Source of the DNA: an uncultured candidatus Porisulfidus sp. | GTDB taxonomy: Bacteria; Pseudomonadota; Gammaproteobacteria; Poriferisulfidales; Poriferisulfidaceae | DNA: 64,000 bases | Assembly (NCBI GenBank): GCA_965204575.1 | Contig: OZ241993.1 | Coordinates: 96,001-160,000, forward strand | Reading direction: 5' to 3' | In this document: positions 1 to 9,875 of the stretch, piece by piece | Position numbering within the stretch: the stretch's first letter is position 1 | Layout of the letters: every line of letters starts with the position of its first letter | The notes under the pieces: generated by a model | The model's input: only the letters and a program-made list of their open reading frames with translations | The model's database searches: none | What the model was told of the DNA's origin: nothing | Translations under genes and position numbers: made by a program

Positions 1-190
1 CCGCCACGCTGATTACAAGGGCGCCTTGGAGTTCTTCAGTCTGTAGCTCAAACTGGTGGTCAGAAATGATCAGCCTCCAAAATGGTATAGGGTGCCATTA
101 TAACAATTATGCGCTGCTTGTAACAGTCTCAGTCTCAGTTTTGGGCGGGTCGACTCCGGAATTATCTTTGGCGTTATATTGTCCAGAGTG

Positions 191-481
191 CTATATATGT
201 CGTTCTATGTCCATGCGCTGGTGCAAAATACGGACTACCTCCACTGTGTTCCCTTGCATGCGGTAGAAGAGCACGTGTGAACCAACGGTGATCTTGCGGT
301 AACCGGGGCGGATGTCATCGGCCGGTTGACCGACCCGTGAGCCATCGCTTAAAGCCTCGCATGTAGCCTGAATGTTCCGCGTATAACGTTCCGCCTGTAG
401 ATTGCTCCAATGTTTCGCGGTGTAGTGCCAGATATCCTCAACATCGGCTTGAGCCGCTGGAGATAGCGTATAGCTTGACAT
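191..481 (-). CDS. parE: ParE/RelE-family type II toxin
   Basis: YTLSPAAQADVEDIWHYT...W...QAERY...IRPGYRK...SHVLFYR...VVRILHQRMD is the ParE pattern; lies directly downstream of a ParD-like gene. Confidence 0.92.
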   Translation of the reverse strand: MSSYTLSPAAQADVEDIWHYTAKHWSNLQAERYTRNIQATCEALSDGSRVGQPADDIRPGYRKITVGSHVLFYRMQGNTVEVVRILHQRMDIERHI

Positions 482-487
482 GCCCGC

Positions 488-724
488 CTAGGAAGAGGTC
501 TTACCGGCAATGAATGCATCAAAATCAAAGGGAGTTGCAGGACCGGATTGCTCACCTTCGATCAGGGCATTACGTAGGGCCTCGACTTTAGCTTCATGCT
601 CTTCAAGCAATCGCAACCCCGCTCGTAACACCTCGCTGGTCGAACTGTAGCGTCCAGACTCGACTCGATCATCGATGAAGTCCGAGAAGTGCTCGCCGAG
701 AGAAACCGAAGTGTTTTTGATCAT
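488..724 (-). CDS. parD: ParD-family RHH antitoxin
   Basis: MIKNTSVSLGEHF...SGRYSSTSEVLRAGLRLLE...ALIEGEQSG...FDFDAF; start reassigned to the ATG at 724. Confidence 0.9.
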   Translation of the reverse strand: MIKNTSVSLGEHFSDFIDDRVESGRYSSTSEVLRAGLRLLEEHEAKVEALRNALIEGEQSGPATPFDFDAFIAGKTSS

Positions 725-747
725 AAGTGGAACCTCTTGTAGAACTA

Positions 748-762
748 TACCAAAAATTGGTA
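748..762. promoter_or_regulatory. putative ParD operator palindrome TACCAA-N3-TTGGTA
   Basis: perfect 6-bp inverted repeat just upstream of the parD start. Confidence 0.6.
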
Positions 763-1023
763 ATTTTGATAACTGTGACTTTACAAAACTAGAATGCACT
801 AATTGACTTTTTCATTTTCCTCTCCCGTGATGGAAGACACCATGTTGCACAGTATGTACGCAAGTGCCAACGCTTAGTCTCTCGCACAGGTTCGCTGTAT
901 TCCGGCACACGCCTTGCTTTGACGAAGCGTTCCCCGACGTATTCTGGAGGGACCCGGGCCGAGGCTCTCGCGGGGTCGGATCCGGCCGTGGTTGAAGAAG
1001 GTTTCGGGAGACGCCTCGTCGCC

Positions 1024-2436
1024 TCATGGAGGACGGGACGCGAATCTGTTCGCGACCTCTTCGGCTGCGGCGATGCCACTCACCAAGGCGCCATTCACCG
1101 AAGGAATCCGCATGTAATCGCCAGCCAGGGAAAGGTTCTCGATTTTCTGGTGGAGCAGGCGAGGAACTTCTGCCATCGACCTAAACATGCCCGGCGGAGC
1201 CATGCAGACTGCCTCCTTCCAGCGATACACGCGCGTGAACAACCCTTCATGGTCGCCGGGAAGGGAGGAGCCCGGAGGAGGATTTCGACGGGCATCACGG
1301 AGCAACTGGTGCTTGATCTCATCGTCTTCCAGAGGAAACAGTTCTTTGGCGCGTTCGCGACCGACGAGGAGATCCAGTGTGCTCTTGCCCGGAGGCACAC
1401 ATGCGGGAAGGTTGATGGACCGGTCCAGAAGCAACGGCGTTTCGTCTTCGGGGTACAGGGCTCCATTCCAGCCAGGGGGGAGCGGCGGACGATCCAGGCC
1501 CATCACCACCCGGCATCCGCACGAGTATTTCACCGTCTGAAGCACCCGCCGGACTTCCTCCGGCAAGTCGGGGATGAGGCGGGACACTGCCGTGGCAGGG
1601 GTGGCACAGATTACAGCATCCGCCTCGATGATACCGTCGTCCATGACCACGCCAGCCGCAGAACCCCCTTCGACGATGATGCGCCGGACGGGCGACGAGA
1701 CACGAATCATGTCTCCGCAGGCATCGGCCAAAGCGTGAGTCAGGGCGCCGGCACCTTTTTCCGGCACGTAAATCTGGTTTACTTTCAGCATCATTTCCGC
1801 CAGGTAGGTCCGCATGTACGGCGCACAGGCAGTTTCGACATCCCCCATGGTCATCTCCAGAAATCCGGCCACGGTGACCTGAAGAGATTCGGGCACGCCG
1901 ATTCTGTTCAGGAAGTCGCCGAAATTCTCCTCCCCGTCGATTTCGGCTAGCCGGCTGTCGCTGGAGAAACTGTGGCATTTCGGCCGGGTGCCCGAGTGCC
2001 ACATCAACCGAAAGAACGCGGGCGATAAAAACCCTAATTTCCAAGCCGTCGGCAGGCCCCGGACGAAAGAGCCAATGGACCGGGGCGGCCTCGACACCAT
2101 CCACTGCCCATTTCGGTACCAGCCGAGGTTCATGAAGGAACGAATCAGGGGCAGTCCAAGCTCTTCGCACAGATGGAGCGCCGCATCGTAGGAACTGCAG
2201 AAAAAGTCCGCTCCCTCATCTAGGGAAAAACCGTCCACCCTGTCTCCGCCAAGGCGTCCGCCTACGCGTGGGTTGGCTTCCAGCAAAGTGGCATCAATAC
2301 CGTGCTTCTTCAGTGTCCAAGCGGCGGCCAGTCCGGCCCCCCCTCCCCCAACGATTACGACTTTCCTGCTCCCGCGATGCTGCCCCGGCTCTTCTTGGCC
2401 GCGGATTGCAGGACCATTTCCCGTGGGCGACGTCAT
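1024..2436 (-). CDS. FAD-dependent oxidoreductase (flavin amine oxidase/protoporphyrinogen oxidase-like superfamily)
   Basis: VVIVGGGGAGLAAA Rossmann motif, EANPRVGGR, DEGADFF, C-terminal LAGDY; the ATG at 2436 overlaps the MMPL stop (ATGA). Confidence 0.85.
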   Translation of the reverse strand: MTSPTGNGPAIRGQEEPGQHRGSRKVVIVGGGGAGLAAAWTLKKHGIDATLLEANPRVGGRLGGDRVDGFSLDEGADFFCSSYDAALHLCEELGLPLIRSFMNLGWYRNGQWMVSRPPRSIGSFVRGLPTAWKLGFLSPAFFRLMWHSGTRPKCHSFSSDSRLAEIDGEENFGDFLNRIGVPESLQVTVAGFLEMTMGDVETACAPYMRTYLAEMMLKVNQIYVPEKGAGALTHALADACGDMIRVSSPVRRIIVEGGSAAGVVMDDGIIEADAVICATPATAVSRLIPDLPEEVRRVLQTVKYSCGCRVVMGLDRPPLPPGWNGALYPEDETPLLLDRSINLPACVPPGKSTLDLLVGRERAKELFPLEDDEIKHQLLRDARRNPPPGSSLPGDHEGLFTRVYRWKEAVCMAPPGMFRSMAEVPRLLHQKIENLSLAGDYMRIPSVNGALVSGIAAAEEVANRFASRPP

Positions 2437-4721
2437 GATTTCTTTCGGTCCAGGGCCATCAGCAGGGCAGGAAGAAGCAGGAGGTCCGCAATCAGTGCAA
2501 AGATGATCGTGATGGCGACCAAGATGCCAAGCACCCAGTTTGGCTCGTAACCGGATAAAGAGAATATCAGAAACCCAGCCGCCAGGATAGCGGTGGTGAC
2601 CCACAATGCCGGACCCACGGCGCGAAAGGTGGCGCGGATGGCTTCGGGTGACGGCAATCTCTCCCGGCGAGCCTTCAGGTACCGGGCAAGAAAATGAATG
2701 GTATCGTCCACGATGATGCCGATGGCGATTGCGGTCACCACGGAGGCGCCAAGGCCGATGTTGCCGGAAAGATATCCCCACAAACCGAAGGCCATTACCG
2801 CCGGAATAAAATTGGGCACCAGACAGATCAGACCGATACGGATGCTTCGAAAGACCAGGAGCAGAATCAGAGAGATGAGTCCTGTGGCGGTGATGGTGCC
2901 CCACAGCATGCTGCTGATGTTCTCGTCCGACATGTGGGCGGAGATCATGGTGAAGCCGGAGGCCGGCCCTGCGATCTCGGGCGCGTTGGCCTGCAGCCAA
3001 GCCTGGGCGCGCGCATCAATGTCGAGATGATCCTTCGTCGAGGTGTTCTTGAGCACGACGGTCATCCGCGTGGCCGACTTGGCAATATCCATGCGATCGT
3101 TGAGATCGGCGCCAAACGGCAGTGACAATTCGTATAACAGAAGAAATTGGGCGATCAAGTCGGGGTCGTCCGGAATCCGGTAGAACGCCGGGGCGTCCCC
3201 GTGCATGTTCTTGCTCACGCGCTTCACAATGTCTGGAAACGCCTGGACGTGGTGCACTTCGGGCTGGCTGCGGTACCATTCCGCGAAGGACTCGACGGCG
3301 CGCAGGTATCCGGGGTCGACGATGCCGCCTTCCCTCCCGGAATTCAGCGAGTACTCCATCCGGTCGAGCCCGGTCAGATTTTTAACGATGAAATCTGTAT
3401 CGGTGCGGAAGGTGTAGCGGTCGTCGAAGTGGTGCAGCCAGTTGTCGCTGACCTCGCTGCGGGGAATGCCGGTGGCCAGCGCCAAAACCACCAGGGGACC
3501 GGCCCAAAGAAGCAGTTTTCGGCGGGCGGTCACGAAAGCACTCAGGCGTTCGAGGTGGTTTTCCCATCCACCATGCGGGCGGGGGCGGCGCAACGGAAAA
3601 ACGGAAAGCAATGCCGGAAGAAGCGTGACGGAGTAGATGAATGTGAACAACATGCCAAGCGCGACTAGATTGCCGAGGACATGAAACGGCGGTGAACTCG
3701 ATGTGTTCAGACTGAGGAATCCGATTGCGGTAGTGATGGAGGTCAGGAATACCGGATACAGGTTCTCGCGCAGGGATTGCGCCAGTGCCGCATGCCGATC
3801 AAGACCCTGACGCAGGCCAGACAGCGCGATGGTGACAATGTGGATCGCATGGGCCACTCCCACGGCCATGATGATGATCGGCATGCTGGCGCTGACCGGC
3901 GTGAGCCTTGTGCCGAACCAACCCGCGACTCCCACGGTGCTCAGGACGATGAAGGCAATCAGAACCGCGATGGCAAGGGTGGCGTACACCGAACGCAGGA
4001 GGAGGCCCGCGATGGTCAGGATGACAAGGAACACGATCGGGACCAAACCCTCGCCCTCCTTCCCGGCATCGTTGAAGGTTTGGTTGAGGATTACATTGCC
4101 GGTCAGGTAGTAGGAAAGGTCCGGATGGGCGATCCGGGCTTGGTCGAGCAGGTTCCCGAGATGACTCGAAATCTCTGCCCATTGGGGTTCTTCCGGCTCG
4201 GACAGTGCGAAACTGATGATCATCCCGGCCACACGCCCGTCGCCAGAGACCAGTTGCCCGACGATCTCCGGTTCGTTCAAGGCAATGGTCCGGACGCGGT
4301 CCAGTTCCGCATCGCTGAACGATGCCGCGCCGTCCACCAAGGGCGCGACCCTCAGGTCGTCCCCGGTCGCTTCACTATGGAAATAGTTGGTGAGCGAATC
4401 GACCCGGAGCGAGTGCGGGGTCTGCCACGCGGTCTCGGTCAGCTCTTCGATTGCGGCGAGGGTTTCGCGGGTGAACACCGATCCCTCCCGGGGCGTGATG
4501 GCGATCAACGCGGATCTTGATGCGGAATAGGTGTCCTGCAGTTCGTCGAAGGCGAGGAGGTGCGGATTGTCCTTTCCAAACAGTACGCGATAGCTACCGG
4601 AAACCGTGAGTCCGGGCGCTCCCGCCGCCAGCGCCAGCATGACCAGTGCAGCAAGCGCAAGAATCAGCCATCGCTGGCGCAGAATGAAAGTCGGATAGCG
4701 GTCCAGCAGCCTAGCAATCAT
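2433..4721 (-). CDS. MMPL/RND-family inner-membrane lipid transporter
   Basis: two repeats of TM + periplasmic domain + TM bundle; LTSITTAIGFLSL, GIIVDDTIHF; start probably MIARLL at 4721. Confidence 0.9.
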   Translation of the reverse strand: MIARLLDRYPTFILRQRWLILALAALVMLALAAGAPGLTVSGSYRVLFGKDNPHLLAFDELQDTYSASRSALIAITPREGSVFTRETLAAIEELTETAWQTPHSLRVDSLTNYFHSEATGDDLRVAPLVDGAASFSDAELDRVRTIALNEPEIVGQLVSGDGRVAGMIISFALSEPEEPQWAEISSHLGNLLDQARIAHPDLSYYLTGNVILNQTFNDAGKEGEGLVPIVFLVILTIAGLLLRSVYATLAIAVLIAFIVLSTVGVAGWFGTRLTPVSASMPIIIMAVGVAHAIHIVTIALSGLRQGLDRHAALAQSLRENLYPVFLTSITTAIGFLSLNTSSSPPFHVLGNLVALGMLFTFIYSVTLLPALLSVFPLRRPRPHGGWENHLERLSAFVTARRKLLLWAGPLVVLALATGIPRSEVSDNWLHHFDDRYTFRTDTDFIVKNLTGLDRMEYSLNSGREGGIVDPGYLRAVESFAEWYRSQPEVHHVQAFPDIVKRVSKNMHGDAPAFYRIPDDPDLIAQFLLLYELSLPFGADLNDRMDIAKSATRMTVVLKNTSTKDHLDIDARAQAWLQANAPEIAGPASGFTMISAHMSDENISSMLWGTITATGLISLILLLVFRSIRIGLICLVPNFIPAVMAFGLWGYLSGNIGLGASVVTAIAIGIIVDDTIHFLARYLKARRERLPSPEAIRATFRAVGPALWVTTAILAAGFLIFSLSGYEPNWVLGILVAITIIFALIADLLLLPALLMALDRKKS

Positions 4722-5339
4722 CGCTGAATATCCTCGTGGCATAGAGCAACGGATCGTTCCCGGGACTGAACGCAAGCCGCCATTTCCGGGGCAAGCGGTG
4801 AACCCTCTTGCGCCGAGCCGGCACATTGCTGGGTTCCCGCCATCGAATCGGCCTCGTTAATTTTCGTGCCTGACATTCGGCACCAAGCCGCGAAAGCGAT
4901 GGACATCATCACCGCAGATTCAGGACCAAGGCGCATCGCACTCTCACTGCCAAGATTATACTGCCCCAATCAGGCTTGTCGTGCTGCTCTGCCGTGCACA
5001 GAAAGACTGAAAGCCGTCTATGGGGACACGCATTCTTGTAGTGGGAGTTGAATCAGTTGTGTTTCATCTCATCTTACCAACAAACATCATTTTGCATTAT
5101 CCAAATTACCGCTCATGCAGTTGGGGCCTGACCAGTTGGCACTCTTTTTCCTATCAACCTCTCTGGCTTGGAAATCAGGGCATGCGTAAATTCTGCGCAA
5201 GTTCATGTGCATGCATGCATAGGTTCATAAACATTGCTGTGCTAGAATTTCGGTGCCCAGTTCCTTGACGAAATCATTCGGAGGAATCGACAGTGTCAGG
5301 GACGGGCGTGCCGCAAACGAGCCTACCTGCCTTTGTTGA

Positions 5340-5352
5340 CCCCCCCCCCCCC
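5340..5352 (+). repeat. C13 homopolymer directly following TTGA in the divergent promoter region
   Basis: ttgttgaccccccccccccctcaaatt. Confidence 0.85.
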
Positions 5353-5579
5353 TCAAATTGCATTCACTATAAGGAAACAGCCTTTCCAAGGGCTTGGTTG
5401 CCCTTCAGGTCGATTTTCCTTCACATTCTGAACTTACGCAGTCGAGCGGCCGGGAAACCCTCTCGCGACGAAGGGACCTTCGCTACAATCATGCCGAGGG
5501 CGAGACCGGACAGTAAAATAAATACAACTCACCCAGCATCGGAAATGCCATTCTCCAATTTCAAGGTTCGCGAAGTTTC

Positions 5580-6743
5580 ATGAGTATTTCAATGCCTTCC
5601 GCATATGTCGCCCAGTATGCTTCAGCCCAGAAGCATAACAAGGTGGAAGTTGATAATTACATCAGGCATACGACCATAGGCGACCCCGAGTTGGACCCGA
5701 TAATGGAAGAGTTGACTGCCTCAGTATCGCCTGAGGACTTGCATCAATTCATCAAGGCCGGCATAGAAGGCGAGAAGGACGGCCTGCACAAGGCGCCACA
5801 AGCCCTGCGTGATTTTTTCGACAAAATCGAGATTCCTCCCCCTTGGCTTGATTACGACGCTTTTCACTCCGGGGTCCGCAGTTTCAACGTCAATGTGGAT
5901 CTTATGCTTGCCGCATTCGTTGCCGGGGTTCTAGTGGAAGGCTTTGCAACATTAATCGCCAAATCTTTCAACATCACGGGTCGAGTGGCCACCACCACAA
6001 GGCGCCTGCAACAAAACAACCGCCACCTGATGGAAATTTTCTTCCCCGATGGCTTGCAGAGGGACAACGATGGATGGAAACTGTCGGTTCGAATTCGTTT
6101 CATCCATGCCCGCGTCAGATGCCTGTTGGCTCATTCCGAACAGTGGGATCACGAAGCATGGGGCACGCCATTGAGCGCCGCGAACCTGGGTTTTGCCATC
6201 TCCGTCTTTTCCAAGCGCCTACTGGATTATGCGGCACTAGTCGGCGCGAAATTTACCGAGGAGGAAAAAACAAGTGTGATCGACGTGTGGAGATACACCG
6301 GCTACCTGATGGGTATCCCCGAGACCATTCTCTACCGCAACCGGGATGAGGCGGAAGCCATCTACCAGATCGCCCACCTGTGCGAACCCCCCCCGGATGC
6401 CGACTCGGTTCACATGGCAAACACCTTGATTCAGTCCATCCCCGAAGTCGCGGGAATAGAAAAGCCGTCCGAACGGGAAAAAACCACCGTCTTAGCTTAC
6501 CGGATTTCACGCGCACTTATCGGCAACAAGCTCGCGGATTCGTTCGAATATCCAAAATCTTCCACCACGGGGACATTGTTCGCCTTCAGGCTGAAGCAGC
6601 ACCTCCAGAGAGGGCTTCGAGGTTCGCAGTTGATCAGGCTCAACAACTTCACCCAACTTCTGCAGATTTCAATGTACGATAGAGGGGGAGTGAGCTACCG
6701 GATGCCCGACCATGTCCTTCAGTCAAAATCGCACGACTGGTGA
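5580..6743 (+). CDS. oxygenase MpaB/Lcp family protein (DUF2236)
   Basis: GDPELDP, PPWLDY, RRLQQN, VRIRFIHARVR heme-His motif, WDHEAWGTPLS, WRYTGYLMGIPE. Confidence 0.85.
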   Translation: MSISMPSAYVAQYASAQKHNKVEVDNYIRHTTIGDPELDPIMEELTASVSPEDLHQFIKAGIEGEKDGLHKAPQALRDFFDKIEIPPPWLDYDAFHSGVRSFNVNVDLMLAAFVAGVLVEGFATLIAKSFNITGRVATTTRRLQQNNRHLMEIFFPDGLQRDNDGWKLSVRIRFIHARVRCLLAHSEQWDHEAWGTPLSAANLGFAISVFSKRLLDYAALVGAKFTEEEKTSVIDVWRYTGYLMGIPETILYRNRDEAEAIYQIAHLCEPPPDADSVHMANTLIQSIPEVAGIEKPSEREKTTVLAYRISRALIGNKLADSFEYPKSSTTGTLFAFRLKQHLQRGLRGSQLIRLNNFTQLLQISMYDRGGVSYRMPDHVLQSKSHDW

Positions 6744-6875
6744 GGGTTCTCCACGCCTCACCCCCATCCCCCGCCCCCACTCAGTCACACAGAACACGTC
6801 AAGGCGGTAAAATCCCTCTCCAGCCACCCGGTTATTACTTTTCGAGCGTGCAACGCCATCAGCCCCCACCTTCTC

Positions 6876-7703
6876 ATGAAAACGATTGACCACTGCCTCG
6901 GGCGACGTGTATTTTCCCTGCCGCTCGCGTTTTGCATGAGCCTCCTGCTCGGCTGGAGTCTCTCAATACCCGCCCATGCGGAATCCGCCGAAGAAAAAGG
7001 GCTGAGAATTGCGCGTGATGCCGATGCGAGGGACCACGGCTTCGGCAACTACACTGCCCAGCAAACCATGGTGCTGCGCAACAAGCATGGGCAAGAAAGC
7101 CGCCGGAAACTTCGGGCGAAGGTTCTGGAAGTGCCGGAAGACGGCGACAAGAGCCTGTTTGTCTTCGACAATCCGCGAGATGTCCAGGGAACCGCTTTTC
7201 TGGTTCATTCCCACAAAAAGGGCTCCGACGACCAGTGGCTCTATCTGCCCGCCCTGAAGCGAGTCAAGCGCATCAGTTCGTCAAATCGCTCCGGCTCCTT
7301 CATGGGAAGCGAATTCGCCTACGAAGACATGACCGCCCAAGACGTCGACAAATTCACCTACCAGTATCTTCGCGATGAACCTTGCGGCGACCTGACATGC
7401 TTCGTGGTGGAACGCGTCCCCACCGACAAGGACTCGGGCTATCGGCGGCAGCTGGTTTGGTTCGACCAGGACGAATTACGTGCCCAGCAGATACATTTCT
7501 ATGACCGAAAAGACACGCATATGAAGACGCTTACCTTTGAAGAATACGCTCAGTATCTGGACAAGTTCTGGCGCTCCGGCCTGATGACGATGGTCAATCA
7601 CGTCACCGGGAAAAGCACGACCATGATGTGGAAAGATTTTCAGTTCCAAACCAAGCTGAGCGATCGCGATTTTACCAAGACAGGATTGAAACGAGTGCGT
7701 TGA
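6876..7703 (+). CDS. outer-membrane lipoprotein-sorting (LolA-like) periplasmic protein
   Basis: signal peptide; F..PRDVQGTAFL, DDQWLYLPALKRVKRISS, SFMGSEFAYED. Confidence 0.88.
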   Translation: MKTIDHCLGRRVFSLPLAFCMSLLLGWSLSIPAHAESAEEKGLRIARDADARDHGFGNYTAQQTMVLRNKHGQESRRKLRAKVLEVPEDGDKSLFVFDNPRDVQGTAFLVHSHKKGSDDQWLYLPALKRVKRISSSNRSGSFMGSEFAYEDMTAQDVDKFTYQYLRDEPCGDLTCFVVERVPTDKDSGYRRQLVWFDQDELRAQQIHFYDRKDTHMKTLTFEEYAQYLDKFWRSGLMTMVNHVTGKSTTMMWKDFQFQTKLSDRDFTKTGLKRVR

Positions 7704-8962
7704 TGCTGCGCCGCAACGTGCTTTCCCACATCGCGCCTGTTGCGGTTCTGATTTCAGGTATCGTCCTCGGTAGCGGAGTCCGCGCGGAATCCGATATTTA
7801 TTTTGATTTTTCGGGGAAAATCAGCATCGAAAACCGATGGTTCCCGCAAACGAACCTCTATAAAGATCAATCCCGCCATGCAACCGGGTTCGTTTTCGAA
7901 CCCGAATTTTATCTCGAAGGCGCCGAGGGCTGGAGTTTCACCCTGGTCCCCTTCTTTCGCTACGACAGCGCCGATTCACGCCGTACCCACGGCGACCTCC
8001 GGGAAGCCTATTTTCTGTTGTTCGGCGAACTCGGGGAAGACGAGTGGGAGTTGCGCGTCGGCATCGACCGGATATTTTGGGGTGTCATCGAATCGAATCA
8101 TCTGGTCGACATCATCAATCAAGTCGATGTCATCGAGCACCCCGATCAAGAAGTCGAATTGGGGCAGTTGATGGCGCATCTCACCTTGTCGGGGGAGTGG
8201 GGGATCGCAGAGTTGTTCATCCTGCCGCACCACCGGGAGCGCACGTTCCCCGGTCGTGACGGTCGCCTGCGCAGCGGGCTGATCGTGGACGAAGACCACC
8301 CGACTTATGAGAGTTCGGCCGAACAATGGCATACGGACTTCGCACTTCGGTACAGCCATAACTTCGGGCCCTTTGATGTCGGCATCAGCGTGTTCGACGG
8401 CACCAGCCGGGAAGCGCTTCTGCTGCCACGCCTTGGACCGGATGGCACGATAGAGGGGTTGGTTCCGCACTATGAGCAGATCCGCCAATTTGGCCTGGAT
8501 GCGCAAATGACGTTGGAAGACTGGATATGGAAACTGGAAGCCATTCATCGGTCCGGCGCGCAAAACCTCAGTTACGAGGAAGATGACTATGCCGCGCTCG
8601 TCATGGGAGCGGAATACACGTTTTACTCCATATTCGACTCTCCCGCGGACTTCAGCCTAGTCTGGGAATGGAATTACGACGAACGCGGAGAGGATGCGGC
8701 CACCATATTCGACGATGATCTGTTTTTTGCGATCCGCTACGCCCTCAATGACATTCAGGATACGACTTTCTTCTTCAGCATGATGCAAGACAGGGAACAC
8801 GCGACAAATGTTCTTTTCCTTGAATTTAATCGGAGACTGACCGATCAATGGTCGATGGTTGCGGAAGGATTTCATCTGCTCAATTCGGATGAAAAAGATG
8901 TGCAAGCCCATCCGATACGCCGCGACAGCTTTCTGGAGCTGCGGCTAAACTATAATTTTTGA
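7703..8962 (+). CDS. outer-membrane beta-barrel protein associated with MMPL/LolA-like systems
   Basis: signal peptide, DLREAY, RIFWGVIESNHLVDIINQ, terminal LRLNYNF beta-signal; the ATG overlaps the upstream TGA. Confidence 0.75.
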   Translation: MLRRNVLSHIAPVAVLISGIVLGSGVRAESDIYFDFSGKISIENRWFPQTNLYKDQSRHATGFVFEPEFYLEGAEGWSFTLVPFFRYDSADSRRTHGDLREAYFLLFGELGEDEWELRVGIDRIFWGVIESNHLVDIINQVDVIEHPDQEVELGQLMAHLTLSGEWGIAELFILPHHRERTFPGRDGRLRSGLIVDEDHPTYESSAEQWHTDFALRYSHNFGPFDVGISVFDGTSREALLLPRLGPDGTIEGLVPHYEQIRQFGLDAQMTLEDWIWKLEAIHRSGAQNLSYEEDDYAALVMGAEYTFYSIFDSPADFSLVWEWNYDERGEDAATIFDDDLFFAIRYALNDIQDTTFFFSMMQDREHATNVLFLEFNRRLTDQWSMVAEGFHLLNSDEKDVQAHPIRRDSFLELRLNYNF

Positions 8963-8996
8963 TCCCCCTCCCCGAAACCCGTTCCAACGTTCCAAA

Positions 8997-9875
8997 GTGA
9001 CTCTGGCTACAGAACTTGCCCCATTGCGACAACGGATCATCGATCGGTTGGAGGAGGTCCTGCCGGGACCTGAAGTCGCGCCCGAGCATCTGCATGCAGC
9101 CATGCGGCATGGGGCGCTGGTCCCGGGCAAGTGCGTGCGGGGATGCCTTGTTTATGCTTCCGGACGGGCTTTAGGAATAGAAGTCGAGCGTCTCGACCGT
9201 TTTGCCTGTGCCCTGGAACTGGTTCATGCCTACTCTTTGGTGCACGACGACCTGCCGTGCATGGACGACGACGATATCCGGCGGGGGCGCCCCTCCTGCC
9301 ACGCAGCGTATGGTGAAGCAACGGCCCTGCTGGCGGGCAACGCCCTGCTGCTGTGTGCCATTGCCGAAGTGTCAGGCGACAGGGAATCGTCAGGAGAACA
9401 GCGCAGTGCGAGTATCGACCGGTTGTGCCAGGCGGCGGGTTCGTTCGGCATGATGGGAGGCCAGCAGCTGGATATCGAGTTGGAAGACGCTGAAGAGTGC
9501 CAAATCGACTTGCTTAATGAAGTGTATCGGCTCAAGACCGGGTGCCTGTTCCATGCCTCGGTCATGCTGCCGACGGAACTGGTGCAGGCCAGCCCAGGGC
9601 AAAGAGACGCGCTGGACACGTATGCGAGAAAAATTGGCCTGGCCTTTCAAGTGCGCGACGATCTCGAGGATATGGAGCAGGATGCCCAGCTTGCCGGCGA
9701 CGGGACGCGCCCGACTTATCCGGTCCTTCTCGGCGTCGAGGCAAGCCGCGAGAAGCTCTCCGGTCTCGGTGCGGAGGCGCTGGCGGCACTCGACATGTTC
9801 GGAGACCGCGCCGACTTGCTGCGTTCGCTTGGGCGATGGCTGACCTCAGGCTCTGCGGATGAACAGTTGGATTAA
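8997..9875 (+). CDS. ispA: farnesyl diphosphate synthase (polyprenyl synthetase)
   Basis: HAYSLVHDDLPCMDDDDIRRG first aspartate-rich motif, GGQQLD, KTG, LAFQVRDDLED. Confidence 0.88.
   Translation: MTLATELAPLRQRIIDRLEEVLPGPEVAPEHLHAAMRHGALVPGKCVRGCLVYASGRALGIEVERLDRFACALELVHAYSLVHDDLPCMDDDDIRRGRPSCHAAYGEATALLAGNALLLCAIAEVSGDRESSGEQRSASIDRLCQAAGSFGMMGGQQLDIELEDAEECQIDLLNEVYRLKTGCLFHASVMLPTELVQASPGQRDALDTYARKIGLAFQVRDDLEDMEQDAQLAGDGTRPTYPVLLGVEASREKLSGLGAEALAALDMFGDRADLLRSLGRWLTSGSADEQLD

Noticed and set aside
1024-3000. 658-aa ORF read as a fusion protein
   Set aside because: The first ~188 codons overlap the MMPL gene in another frame; the real start is 2436.
5186-5212. 14-nt identity (TGCGCAAGTTCATG) with the HELAH-coding region of the ImmA gene near 24293
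   Set aside because: Several matches of this length are expected by chance in 64 kb, and there is no extended homology.
6755-6780. C-rich stretch as a minus-strand G-quadruplex
   Set aside because: Only three strong G-tracts; no supporting evidence.
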